Below, in pieces: positions 1-11,752 of a stretch of DNA of 64,000 nt (its first letter is position 1; the number at the start of each line of letters is the position of its first letter). A program made the position numbers and the translations under genes. The stretch spans positions 12,152,001 through 12,216,000 of the forward strand of contig NC_043002.1 in assembly GCF_006345805.1 (NCBI RefSeq). The letters run 5' to 3'. This DNA comes from Octopus sinensis. Lineage: Eukaryota. Under the pieces are notes generated by a model, which did not search any database, had not been told where the DNA came from, and was given only the letters and a program-made list of their open reading frames with translations.

Positions 1-34
1 TATATATATATATACATATATACATATACATATG

Positions 35-112
<78 letters not shown>

Positions 113-135
113 TATATATACATAAATGTATTTAT
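1..135. repeat. (TA)n/(TACA)n microsatellite; representative of dozens of TA/CA/TACA tracts across the window
   Basis: Direct reading of the sequence. Confidence 0.95.
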
Positions 136-424
136 ATAAGTATGTAGGTAAGTATTCATTCACACAGAAACGTAGATCAATTTTTCAGTATTTCGTAATT
201 GCTTCTCACTAAATTATTGATAATGTTTAGTAATGTGGCAACAGGCACTCAGACATCACATGACGTAATACCGAAACGTCTTTAACCCAAAGGAGGGGCC
301 AACAAACGAGTCGCTTCTTGTCCACTTGATTTGCTAGAAATAGCAACCAACAACGTCTTCTCCAATGATATCCTACTTAATTAGATAAAAATGGATGAGG
401 ATAATGGATATATATATTTTATTT

Positions 425-640
425 CCAACTAGTTTCAGTTATTTGACTGCGGCCATGTTGGAGCATAAGTCAGAGAAATTTTACTCGAACAAATCGACGC
501 CAGGATTTTATTTCTTTTAAGTACTCATGCTATCGGTCTCTATTGCCGACCCACTGAGTCACAGGTGCGTAAACACACTAACATGGGTTGTCAAGCGGTG
601 GCGGTGTGTAACAAAGCAAATACTCATAGATACATTCATA
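425..640 (-). mobile_element. SINE family B, 3' half (degenerate)
   Basis: Reverse complement of the family-B tail: ...GCTCCAGCATGGCCGCAGTCAAATGACTGAAAC. Confidence 0.75.
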
Positions 641-668
641 TATTATATATATATATATATATATACCA

Positions 669-1062
669 ATTTCTTTACTACCCACAAGGGGCTAAACACA
701 GAGAGGACAAACAAGGGCAGACAAAACGGATTAAGCCGATTATATCGACCCCAGTGCGTAACTGGTACTTATTTAATCGAACCCGAAAGGATTAAGGGCA
801 AAGTCGACTTCGGCGGAATTTGAACTCAGAACGTAACGGCAGACGAAATACCTATTTCTTTACTACCCACAAGGGGCTAAACACAGAGAGGACAAACATG
901 GACAGACAAACGGATTAAGTCGATTATATCGACCCCGGTGCGTAACTGGTACTTAATTTGTCGACTTCGAAAGGATGAAAGGCAAAATTGACTTCGGCGG
1001 AATTTGAACTCAGAACGTAGCAGCAGACGAAATACCCGGCGTGCTAACGTTTCTGCCAGCTC
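669..1062 (-). mobile_element. SINE family A (tRNA head + Meta/MESC-like core), head-body-body dimer
   Basis: A-box TGGCAGAAACG, B-box GAGTTCAAAT, core GCCTTTCATCCTTTCGGGGTCGA; second unit joined at AAAGAAATA|GGTATTTCGTC. Confidence 0.85.
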
Positions 1063-1240
1063 TTACCAGCTTAAAAGCCGTCCCATCGGAGAGGCTTTTA
1101 AGCTTGTATGTAGCTTTTAAGCAACGAACCACGAATGGGAACATCTGCAAACAGATCTCTGGCTTGTTTTGGAGAATTTGTTGCAATTGCTTCCTCCAGA
1201 GTCATATCCCAATGATGATCATATTCGTTACAAAAAATCA

Positions 1241-1463
1241 TTTCTTTATTGCCCAGAAGGGGCTAAACATAAAGAGGACAAACCATGACAGACAAAGGGA
1301 TTAAGTCGATTACCAGTGCGAAACTTGTACTTTATTTATCGACCCCGAAAGGATGAACTGCAAAGTTGACCTCGGCGGAATTTGAACTCAGGACGTAACG
1401 AAAGACGAAATACCCCCTAAGCATTTCGCCCGGCGCCCTAAAGTGTCTGCCAGCTCGCCGCCT
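1241..1463 (-). mobile_element. SINE family A monomer
   Basis: Head AGGCGGCGAGCTGGCAG and family-A body and tail. Confidence 0.85.
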
Positions 1464-1895
1464 CTTATATATTTAAGGCGGGATTTTTTTCACTTTCCGC
1501 CTACCAATTCCTCTCGCATGGCCTTGGTAATTCCGAGGCTTTAGTAGAAGACACTTGTCCAAGTTCCACGCAGTGGGACTGAACCCGGAACCAAATGTCT
1601 ATATAACCACACTTTTAATCTTCCATATACTATATTATAATATGCAACTATGCTTTTAATCTTCCCTGTATTTTATTTATCAGGCTGCGGCAATGTTGGA
1701 GCAGTTGATCCGTGTACTCATTTTAATACTGATAGTAATTTTTAGGCTTTCCTGCCACAGCCGCAAGACCATATATATGAAGTATGTGAATTTAACCATC
1801 ATTGGTTGCGAAACTGTAAGCGACAAACATGAATACAAAAATGCACACATTCTCTACCAGAAACAAACAGACGTGAATACATTACAAATAGGTTC

Positions 1896-2532
1896 TCTCT
1901 CTCTCTCTCTAACCGCTCAGTCGAAGTCGACTCTCGGTCACTCATTGGATCAGTGTTCTCCAGTCAGTTCTATTCTGGGCTGCTTCTTTCAGATTGGCTA
2001 TGTCCATTTCGGCATCCCTCTTGTTGGTGTCAAGCCAGCGGGTTCTTGGTCGGCCTCTTCCTCTCTTGCCACTGACCATTCCGAGCATGATGTCCTTCTC
2101 CAGGGATTTTCTCCGCATAATATGACCGAAATATGCCAATCTATGCTTGGTGATCCTAGCTTCTAGCGACATTTTCGGCCTTATCTGCTTAAGAACTTCT
2201 CCAATAGTGAGCCTCGCTGTCCATGGAATCCGCAAAAGTCTTCTCCAACACCAAAGCTCGAATGCATTAATTCTCTTCTGGTCAGCTTTCTTTAGTGTCC
2301 AGGTCTCGCATCCATATGTTGCTATTGGGAAGACAATTGCATTCACCAATCTGCATTTGGTAGCGAGTCTGATGTTTCTACTCTTCCAGACCCTGCTCAT
2401 GCTGACCATTGCCTCTCTGCCTAGTACTATCCACCGCCTTATTTCTGGAGTGCAGTCACCATCTCGATTTATTTTGGAGCCAAGGAAGATGAAATCATCA
2501 ACCACTTCAATATCTTCATTATCGATCTTGAT
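1896..2532 (-). mobile_element. 5'-truncated RTE-clade LINE (BovB-like), C-terminal RT region, with 10-bp TSD
   Basis: Uninterrupted ORF 1942-2505 (FIFLGSKI...YGCETWTLKK...FELWCWRRLLRIPWT...GKRGRGRPRTRW); (GA)n 3' tail; TSD AAATAGGTTC at 1886-1895 and 2533-2542. Confidence 0.92.
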
Positions 2533-2974
2533 AAATAGGTTCAGTTTAGATAAATTGATCTAGAATGAGATTCCAATGTATTTATCGAGATATATCGAAG
2601 TTACAAAGAAAAAGCGAAAGCAGTGAAATGTGAATCGTAAAGGAATAAAGTTTCAGGATTGAAACGAATTATAAGGAATCGTTAAGTTCTTAGTAAATTA
2701 GGTCTTTCGACGGTTAAAGTTGTGTGTTTCAAACATAATGGATTCGGTTGTGGTTCAATGTTTTGGCTGCGATGTAATTTTTGCGATATTGCTTCATACA
2801 AAACACATAGGTACACACACTGAAGCGCATACACATAGACACACACACAGGAGCACTCTCAGGAGCACACACACATACATGCATTATGTGTGTGCGTGTG
2901 TAAACAGAGAGAAGGGGAGGGAGGGACTGGAGAGGGAGATAAACAGATAGGCCGATAGACAGATAAATAGATAG

Positions 2975-3043
2975 ATAGACAGACATACAGACAATCAGAC
3001 ATCAGACAGACAGTCAGACAAACATACAGACAGACAGACAGAC

Positions 3044-3087
<44 letters not shown>

Positions 3088-3099
3088 GATGGATGGATG

Positions 3100-3170
<71 letters not shown>

Positions 3171-3255
3171 GGGTGGCAGGTGAGTGGGGGGTATGTAGGT
3201 AGTAGGCGGGCAGGCAGGTAGGTAGGTAGGTAGGTAGGCAAATTGGTAGGTAGGT
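2975..3255. repeat. Compound (GACA)n/(GATA)n/(GGAT)n/(GGTA)n tetranucleotide microsatellite
   Basis: Direct reading; similar (TATC)n tracts at 20470-20618, 20925-21015 and 55105-55200. Confidence 0.95.
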
Positions 3256-3507
3256 AGTTGGGGATGTATTCAAGGAGCTTTTGCGGAGTATTCTTCGTCT
3301 ACCAAATCACTCATTAGAGAACTTACTTCCCGGTGTAAGTAGCTTTCTGGCCGAAGGTGTCGTGCTGGAGTCCTGAAGAAAGAAATACGTGGTTCCAATG
3401 TGAACTTCTTCAGAAGTCGGTCAGGCCTGTATTTCAAATATTATGACAAAACTGTCTCATAACTCTAATCTGCCATTATGCTGACTATAGGTAAAAACTT
3501 AACAATC

Positions 3508-4272
3508 CCGAGGGAGTATTTATTCCCACTTAAACATGGATGTTTTGTTCGAATAAACTTTCTCGTGGTAGATATCATGAGAAGGCTTTTGGTGCACAAT
3601 GCACGCTTGTTTATATCGCCAGGGGTGATAAATCCCCATATCGCCAGGGGTGATAAATCCCCATCAACTCCACGTTCGGTATTAATAGGCGGCGAGCTGG
3701 CAGAAACGTTAGCGCGCCGGGCGAAATACTTAGCGGTATTTCGTCTGCGTTACGTTGTGAGTTCAAATTCCGCCGAGGTCGACTTTGCCTTTCATCCTTT
3801 CGGGGTCGATTATATGAGTACCAGTTACGAACTGGGGTCGATGTAATCGACTTAATACCTATGTCTGTCGTTGTTTGTCCCCTCTGTGTTTAGCCCCTTG
3901 TGGGTAGTAAAGAAATAGGTATTAATATTCCCTCTGTCGTTAAAATATATTTTTTAAGAAATGGCTGATCGCGACACCAATCCCTGTTTAGAACTAATTT
4001 TCTATATATCTCACGGAGAGAGATGAGTCGCTGATATAGTTAGCGGTTGAGTGCCAATCACCGATGAGATCAACGAAGGTCAAAATCACGTGATCTGATG
4101 GTGTCTGTGCTGGTGTTTGTGAGGAGTTGTCTCCCCGTTGGCGATATAAACAAACAAGCTTGCATTCTGCGCCAAAAGCCTCTGGAAGAGTTTCTCTCAC
4201 TGGATCTACCCCATTAAATCTTGTTCCAACATAACATCCATGTTTAAATATGAATAAATACTTTCCCATCGG
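3508..4272. mobile_element. Old MITE-like element with diverged ~120-140 bp inverted arms, interrupted by a family-A SINE
   Basis: 3508-3625 (GAGTATTTATTCCCACTTAAACATGGATGTT...GTTTATATCGCC) matches the reverse complement of 4133-4272. Confidence 0.6.
3688..3917 (+). mobile_element. SINE family A monomer with 10-bp TSD
   Basis: Full head, core and tail; TSD GGTATTAATA at 3678-3687 and 3918-3927. Confidence 0.9.
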
Positions 4273-4340
4273 TATTAGTATTGCCTCAGTTACTATTATG
4301 TATATTTATTAACGATCCTCGCGAAGACTTTTCTTTACAT

Positions 4341-4630
4341 AGGCGCAAGAGTGGCTGTGTGGTAAGGAGCTTACCACATATATATATGTATATGTATACA
4401 AGTGTGTACGTGCGTATATTTATGTGTGTCTGTATTTTGTCCCACCCACTAAAGCTTGACCAAATGTCGGTGTGTTTACGTCCCCGTAACTTAGCGGTTC
4501 GGCAAAAGAGGCCGATACAATGAGTACTAAGCTTGCAAAGAATAAGTCCTGGGAACGATTTGCTCGACTAAAGGTGGTGCTCCAGCGTGGCCGCAGTCAA
4601 ATGACTGAAACAAATAAAAGAATAAAATAA
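4341..4630 (+). mobile_element. SINE family B, internally deleted
   Basis: Head AGGCGCAAGAGTGGCTGTGTGGTAAG joined to the internal microsatellite and the family-B tail. Confidence 0.8.
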
Positions 4631-6480
4631 AAAATTATGTTTATGTGTAAGTGTGTGTGTGTATGTGTGAGGGAAGCATTTTCTCCTCCATATTTTTAAG
4701 GGGTCAAGGGGCAACAGGTTTTGGGAAACCTAAAGTAATCCAAAAAACCGGCCCTGCCCATTTCTAATGTATATATATGATTTTACATAGGTATGTATGT
4801 AAGCTTATTATTGGTGTATATTTATGGGTTTTGTGGGAAATATCTTCTCGCCAGAAACATGGAATTACTAATTATAATCGATGCTACGCTAAAATCACAG
4901 CTAAGGTATTAATCCAGGAGCTGTTTCCATTCCCAAGCAATATTGTTTTAGGATACTTGGTCCATATAATTCAGTGGCAATATGAAGCAGCTTATAGCAA
5001 CAGCGCTCCTGGAAGCTGGGTTAAAGAAGAATACCAACGAAAGACACTTTTGTATAGAGCAAACATATCCTTAAACTACAAGCAAATGTGTAACATGGTA
5101 CTCACTGAAATCCCGTTTAAGATACGTCATAAGCAACACATGCATTCGTTTAAATTCGGGTAAAGAATGATCTTCCCTCCCCCTTGTCGATAGGCCTGTA
5201 TAACAAAGAATGCACTACATTTCTGTATGTAGATGTATCGTTATTTTTTTTTTTATCTGGCAGCTGTCGAACTAACCAAACGTTCGAAGAATTTCATTTC
5301 CATCAGAGTTGGAGACACAAATACTCAGAGATTTCTTTGGAATGCCAAATGTTTTTCGAAACATATAAAATAGCGTATTTTATTAAAAGAATCCACGGCC
5401 CATTGAATGTGATGACGTAATCAAATAAATAGCTGTTAGAGATAGTAACGTTACGAAATTTAACTTCTAAATTATCAATTCATTTTTGATAAAGTCTGCT
5501 TCGTGTGTGTTAAATGATCTTTCTGCATGCACAAGACTATAATACACAAACACACACACACATATATATATATACAAAAACATGAATACACACATATATA
5601 AAGAGGGAGAGAGAGGTAAGAGAGTAGGAAAAGAGACAAACTCAGATAGGTAGATGTACATACATATCCGTCTATACAAAGAGACACATGTCTGTAAATG
5701 TGCACATATATTTGTGTCTGTATGCGTGTGTGTGTATGTGTGTTTATGTATATACATAATACATACATATATATGTATATACATATACATATATACACAC
5801 GTACATACACATATATAACTGTTTATACTTGTATGTATATATATATATGTATATATATATATATGTATATATATATGTACATATATGTGTGTGTGTGTAT
5901 CTATGCAAAGATATATATTTGTATGTATATATAATTAGGAACACGCGTACACACACACATATGTATGTATATGTATATACGCACATATATACTTATATAG
6001 GTAGATTGATACATAGATAGATAAGTGGGAGAGATAGATATATTCATTATAAATATTGTAGATGTATGCAAATATGTATACGTATATAAGAACACGGATA
6101 TATACACCCACACTCACACACATACACAGACACACACACAAACGCACACACACACATACACGTGCATATATTTACAAACGAACGCATGCGCATGAATTAA
6201 ATGATCAGCACAGCAACAGCTCCAAGCAATCATATTCATTTAATACACTTCTATACCTATACATCAATTTACATCTATATAAATGTATATATATACATAC
6301 ATACATACATATATATACATATATAAAGACACGTATACATACATATATATAAAGACATATATATATATATATACATAATATATAATCTATATATATGAAT
6401 ATATATATATATATATATTATATATCTGTTTGTTCCAATGTAGATATGTGTGTATGTACCCATGTATCTGTAAATATATG

Positions 6481-6525
<45 letters not shown>

Positions 6526-7180
6526 GTATGTGTGCATGTATGTTCTACTCCAAGAATTAATCGAATGCTGACAATGATCTAACGAAATATCAGATATACT
6601 GGTTATATATAACATTGCATGTGCAGATACCAATTCTTCATGATATTAATTCATGGTATCACCAAAGTATATCTACTGAATGTAGCCATATTGGCGCATG
6701 ATGTTATCTCATATAGAATTTATATACGTATTTAGATATGTTTATCTAATATGGGAAATATGCATTTAGATATCAGTTTATCTAATATACGATATATATA
6801 TATATGTGTGTGTGTATGTGCTTGTGTGTGAACGTGTGTACGAGTGTGTACGTGTACATATATATATATATGGTTAGATAACGGTTTATCGGATATACAA
6901 AATATGCATTTAGATATGTGGAGATATCTTACAATACACTAAAGTAAGAGAAAGGAAAATAGTCAGGGGAATTAATAGTGTTCTGTGCCAGTTAACAAAT
7001 TATAAACAGGTTCCATGGTAATGCGTAGATGTGTAGATATGTGTATGTATATTGGCGCACGTGTGTGCATATATATATATATGTGTGTGTCTGTGTGTGT
7101 ATGTGTGTATTTATGTATATGTAATATGTACGTATAGCATTTTCATGCGTATATTAGTGAGTATCTAATGTATGTAAATA

Positions 7181-7223
<43 letters not shown>

Positions 7224-8296
7224 TATATATATATATATATATAATATATGTATGTGTGTGTACAAGGTCATAATGCGTATGTGTTAGATAGTTATTTTTA
7301 TACCATGTACTTGCGTATGTATATATGTATATGAATATGTATGTATATATATATATATGTATGTATTTATGTATATATATATATACATACATATATATAT
7401 ATACATACATTTATATTCATATATATATATATATATATATATATGCGTGTGTGTGTCTGTGTGTGTATGTATGTATCAGTGTGCACTTCGTACAAATACC
7501 TATAGGTATGCATGTATGAATGTGTGCATATATAAATATATATGTGTCTATGTGTGCATGTCTAAGTGTGTATGTATATATATATAATACGGGTGTGTTA
7601 GAGTTAAGTGAAGAGGGTGGAGGGGTAGACTAAATATGATTTTCTTCTGTTCTCATATTTGAGTCGACGTGCGATGAGGTTGTCTTTTGGATCTACGTGT
7701 ATTGTGCAGACTTGTTAGAAAACAACACTCTCATACTGACACACACACACACGATTATACATACATACACACACACACATATATATATATATATATTATA
7801 TATATGCATCTGCGTGTGTGTGTATCGGTATATGTGTTACTATGCTTTGTGTTGTGCAAAATGCGTAATGTCATTTCAATATTTTTGCAATACAGATAGC
7901 TCTTACCTTGAGCAAATCTTGCATATAAGAAAGTTTTAAGAGTACGTGGCCAGCAATTAGATGTTGATAATATATTTTTATATTTACATTTTGTGATTGT
8001 GGAGGAACACAGTACAAATTACGCAGATAGAAATACAATTTGTAGGTTGGTTGAGCAGCTATGACGATAAATAACATCATTTTTTTAAACACTAAAATAG
8101 GAATAAACAGTAAATATAAGCTGTGGAAGTGGATGTGTGCGGCTTAGAGGTTAAGGTGTTGGACTCATGATCGTAAGATTGTGGTTTCGATTCCTGGACT
8201 GGGCGACGCATTGTGTTCTTGAGGAAAACATTTTATTTCACGTTGCTCCAGTCCACTCAGCTGGCAAAAATGAATAACCTTGCGATAAATCGGTGT

Positions 8297-8829
8297 GCGA
8301 AATTTCTTTTCCTGCGAGAGTTCCGGACCGCAGTGATTAACTCATTTGCATACAGCCAATCAGAGCTCCCCTTGGCCTTGTTATCAAGTTAACAAACACA
8401 CTCTACCAAGTAAACTCAAGACGAAGAACGGTGATGTAAGTCGATCGATCGCCAAGTTATGCCTGATTTTAGAAGAAGACAAGTAATTAGATAGATTTGC
8501 ATCTATATAGGATTTTGTTAGGGTCCTATATGGGGAAAATGTGGATGGGATAAATGTGGGTAGAGAGTGATGTGCTAGCAACCCTCACCTTTTACTATTT
8601 TACAAAGTGAAAAACACATATAGCTACGCAGCCATGGATGAAGCAAGAACAAGAACAACAAGCATTATTAAAAGAGAAAAGAAGCATGGTCCTTCCTTAA
8701 CCAAGTGACCTTATCTTATCGCCTATCACCTGTTATGCGCTGATAAATTTGTTTGATAGCTGAGTTCTTGCTGTATGCAAATGAGTTCATAACTGGGGTC
8801 TGGAACTCTCGTGAGAAAAAAATTTCCGC
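8297..8829. mobile_element. MITE with ~65-bp TIRs and probable 9-bp TSD (Mutator-like)
   Basis: GCGAAATTT...GAGAGTTCC...AACTCATTTGCATACAGC mirrored at 8765-8829; flanks AATCGGTGT / GACCGGCGT (CpG-decayed duplication). Confidence 0.7.
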
Positions 8830-8872
8830 GACCGGCGTCTCGTTCAGGTGGGGAATATATATATACGCCATT

Positions 8873-9104
8873 AAGGCGGCGAGCTGGCAGAAACGTTAGC
8901 ACACCGGGCAAAATGCGTGGTAGTATTTCGTCTGCCGTTACGTTCTGAGTTCAAATACCGCCGAGGTCGACTTTGCCTTTCATATTTTCGGGGTCGATTA
9001 AATAAGTACCAGTTACGCACTGGGGTCGATGTAATCGACTTAATCCCTTTGTCTGTCCTTGTTTGTCCCCTCTGTGTTTAGCCCCTTGTGGGTAGTAAAG
9101 AAAT
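8873..9104 (+). mobile_element. SINE family A with 13-bp TSD
   Basis: TSD TATATACGCCATT at 8860-8872 and 9499-9511. Confidence 0.9.
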
Positions 9105-9121
9105 ATATATATATATATATA

Positions 9122-9498
9122 CACTACCGTCAGAAATTAATTAGCACCCTTGATTTGCTCTTCACTCAAGGTATGTGCTGTCACCTAGTGGCTATATCTC
9201 GAACTATTGCTTTGTTGCGAGTTCACTGTTGCGCAGAACGATGACGTAACTTTGTTTGCAGAGCAGTTTGAGAGTCTACAGCCTTATGATGTTGACATAG
9301 CAGTGCAACAACTTGGAGTGCGGATGCAGACAAATCTTCCTTTGTTTAATAGATATAGGTAGCGCCTCGCAAGGACCGAAATCACACCATACTAAGTTTT
9401 CTCATCGCGTAAGACGTTTTGAAAAGCTCATAGGTTAATTGATTTAACCTATTTAATGTAGAAATTTGAGAAGTGCTAATTAATTTCTGACGCAAGTG
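9122..9498 (+). mobile_element. Tc1-like internally deleted element (MITE), 26-bp TIRs, TA-flanked
   Basis: TIR CACTACCGTCAGAAATTAATTAGCAC / GTGCTAATTAATTTCTGACGCAAGTG; internal remnant ending ...ITPY* resembles a Tc1 transposase C-terminus. Confidence 0.8.
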
Positions 9499-9949
9499 TA
9501 TATACGCCATTGAAACCGAGAATCCGGCCCTCATGAACCTGACGTGGTTCGTGAAGGAAATTTTTATTTCTTTAATTATAAGCTGTATAATCAAAATTAG
9601 GGTTTCAAATTTTGTCACATGACCAGCAGTTTTCGAGAAAATGATTAAGTCCAGTAAATCCACCCCTGGTTCTGCTGGTTCTTATTTATCGACAGCGAGA
9701 AGATAAAGGAGAAAGTCGAGCTGGGAGGAAGATGAAATCAGAACACAAAGTACGAGAAAAACTAACGCTAGGCACTTTCTAAGTTGTGTTACCGATTCTG
9801 CCATTTCATCACCTTTTAGAAGCAAAATAACGATGACAAATATCCTTTCCATAAGGAGCACAAGCCCTATAATTTGGGAATTAGGGGGCAAGTATGTCGT
9901 TTCAAACCCAGGACTAAACTGGTAGTGTGTAGCAATTTTCTTTACAACA

Positions 9950-10335
9950 CCTGTGAGTGACGACCCTGCCTGACACGCATCCAGGGCTCAGCTATCTCCG
10001 GCTGACAGTACCCGGTATGGGCCCCTATCCAGGGTTACTGAAAAGAAACAACCTTCAAAGAAATCCGGAGTGGAGTCCTCCGTAGTCGGTTTAGTGTTGG
10101 ACTCGACACTCTTCCGGCAGCTCCTGCTACCAACCTGGTGCCAAACGTAATGCCCTGCACTCCTTTGGACTACGTCAGCAAGGTCGAGAGAGGAATCCTG
10201 ACGATTGGGCTACCCAGGATTTTCTTACATCTAGCCCAGGCCTGTGCAAAACTGGAGAAGAAACTGGGGAGAAAATTTCAGTGTTGAATAACTCCATTGT
10301 CTCCCGAGACAAAAGGATGCCAACAGCAACAACAA
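9950..10335 (+). mobile_element. GC-richer interspersed repeat ending in a (CAA)n tail; unclassified retroelement derivative
   Basis: Compositional break from the flanks; 3' end GAGACAAAAGGATGCC-AACAGCAACAACAA. Confidence 0.45.
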
Positions 10336-10339
10336 AATC

Positions 10340-10960
10340 AACGCAATTGGTACTTTGTTTATCGACCCCGAAATGATCAAAAGCAAATCGACCCCGTCGG
10401 AATTTGAACTCAGAACGTAATGACGGACAAAATGCCTCTAAGGGGTCAATGTAATTGAACAACTCACCTCTCAGAAATTGCTGGCCTTGTGTCAAAATTG
10501 GAAATCAGCCTGTTAGCACGCCGGATAGAATGCTTAGTTGCATTTCGGCTGTTCTTACGTTCTGGGTTCATATTCCACCGAAGTCGACTTTATCCCTCAT
10601 CTTTTCGGAGTTGAGAAAATAGGTACCAGTTGAACACTGGTGGTGGTGGTGGTAAGGTGGTGAGGGGTCAATGTAATCAACTTAAACCATCCCCCGAAAT
10701 TGCTGGCCTTGTGCTAAAATTTGAAGCCAATAATTTGATAAAATAAGATGGTAAGCTGGCAGAATCGTTAGCACGCCAGGCAGAATGATTAATGACATTT
10801 CGACAGTCTTTACGTTCTGAGTTCAAATTCCACCGAGGTTAACTTTATATTTCAACCTTCCGGAATCGATAAAATAATTACCATTTGAGCATTTGGATCA
10901 ATGTTATTGATTTATGCCTTCCATCGAACTTGCTGGCCTTGTGCAAAAATTTGAAGCCAC
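10340..10960. mobile_element. Cluster of old family-A SINE variants with the alternative tail ...TTGCTGGCCTTGTGC..AAATTTGAA
   Basis: Degenerate heads and cores at ~10340-10440 (-), 10510-10730 (+) and 10745-10960 (+). Confidence 0.7.
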
Positions 10961-11184
10961 TATTTTCATAAACTTCACGGTCTATAACGTCAACACAGAA
11001 CTGCCTCTTCAAGTGAATTCTGCTCACCAAAAGTTAATTCTAAACCGTAAAACAATGAATAGACATCAGTCCACTACATTCGAAGAAGCAAATTTTTTCT
11101 CACTTCCCTTATTGTATCTAGATTTTGTCCAACATAACAATGATGCCGAACCGGAATCTTAAGCTAAAATCACTTTGGAGCAAT

Positions 11185-11427
11185 GATTGTTTGCCAACAT
11201 ATCATGGTAGTCCTGGTTTAGGACGAATGTTGCTGTAATTTAGCCCCAGGAGACATCGTCTCCAGCTAGCTGTACGACACGATCTGTGTCCTTATATTTT
11301 CGAACAAGAGAATTTAGCACCCCAACTCAGCTCAAAGCAATATCTGTGTATCGGCAATCGTGATGGGGCTAAATTATAGCAACATTCTTCCTAAACCAGG
11401 ACTGCCATGTTATGTTGGCAAACAGTC
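11185..11427. mobile_element. MITE-like element with 64-bp inverted arms
   Basis: 11185-11248 is the reverse complement of 11364-11427 with few mismatches. Confidence 0.8.
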
Positions 11428-11493
11428 TTTACTACAAAGTACTGTTGCTGAATATCTCCCGTTGTGAGATTTAAAAACAGTAATTTTCTAAAA

Positions 11494-11752
11494 GTGGAGG
11501 CGCGTGGCTTAGTGGCTAGGGTGTCAGCATCGAGATCGTAAGATTGTGGTTTCGATTCCTGGACCGGGCGACGCGTTGTGTTCTTGAGCAAAACACTTCA
11601 TTTCACTTCGCTCCAGTCCACCCAGCTGGCAAAAATGAGTAACGCTGCGATGGACTGGCGTCCAGTCCAGTTGGGGAACACTTCCCCACTGAAACCGGGA
11701 AACCGGGTCCATGAGCCTGGCTAGGCTTTAAAAGGGCGCATTTATTCATTTC
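11494..11752 (+). mobile_element. Intact SINE family C with 12-bp TSD
   Basis: tRNA-like A/B boxes; CORE-like GTTGTGTTCTTGAGCAAAACACTT; V-like GCGATGGACTGGCGTCC.GTCCAG; TSD AATTTTCTAAAA at 11482-11493 and 11753-11764. Confidence 0.9.

Larger units (their letters stand above)
8127..9560 (+). mobile_element. SINE family C (tRNA head, CORE-like, V-like domain) split into three pieces by three later insertions
   Basis: Pieces 8127-8296, 8830-8872 and 9499-9560 are colinear with the intact copy at 11494-11752. Confidence 0.75.

Noticed and set aside
4760-5400. Short open frames after AG acceptors, next to a hAT-like end CCGGCCCTG
   Set aside because: No domain recognised and no matching second terminus found.
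5467-7600. Numerous ORF-track entries rich in YI/CV/HT/LSIY
   Set aside because: These are translations of microsatellites; the same applies throughout the window.
8340-8445. Octamer + CCAAT + splice donor read as a host gene promoter and first exon
   Set aside because: The motif is part of a MITE TIR and is mirrored at ~8765-8790, so it is kept only as a transposon-borne motif.
9134-9357. Apparent two-exon gene piece (KLISTLDLLFTQ / EQFESLQPYDVDIAVQQLGVRMQTNLPLFNRYR) with good splice signals
   Set aside because: It lies wholly inside the Tc1-like MITE; the first exon is the TIR and the second is better explained as a transposase remnant. Exonisation cannot be shown without RNA data.
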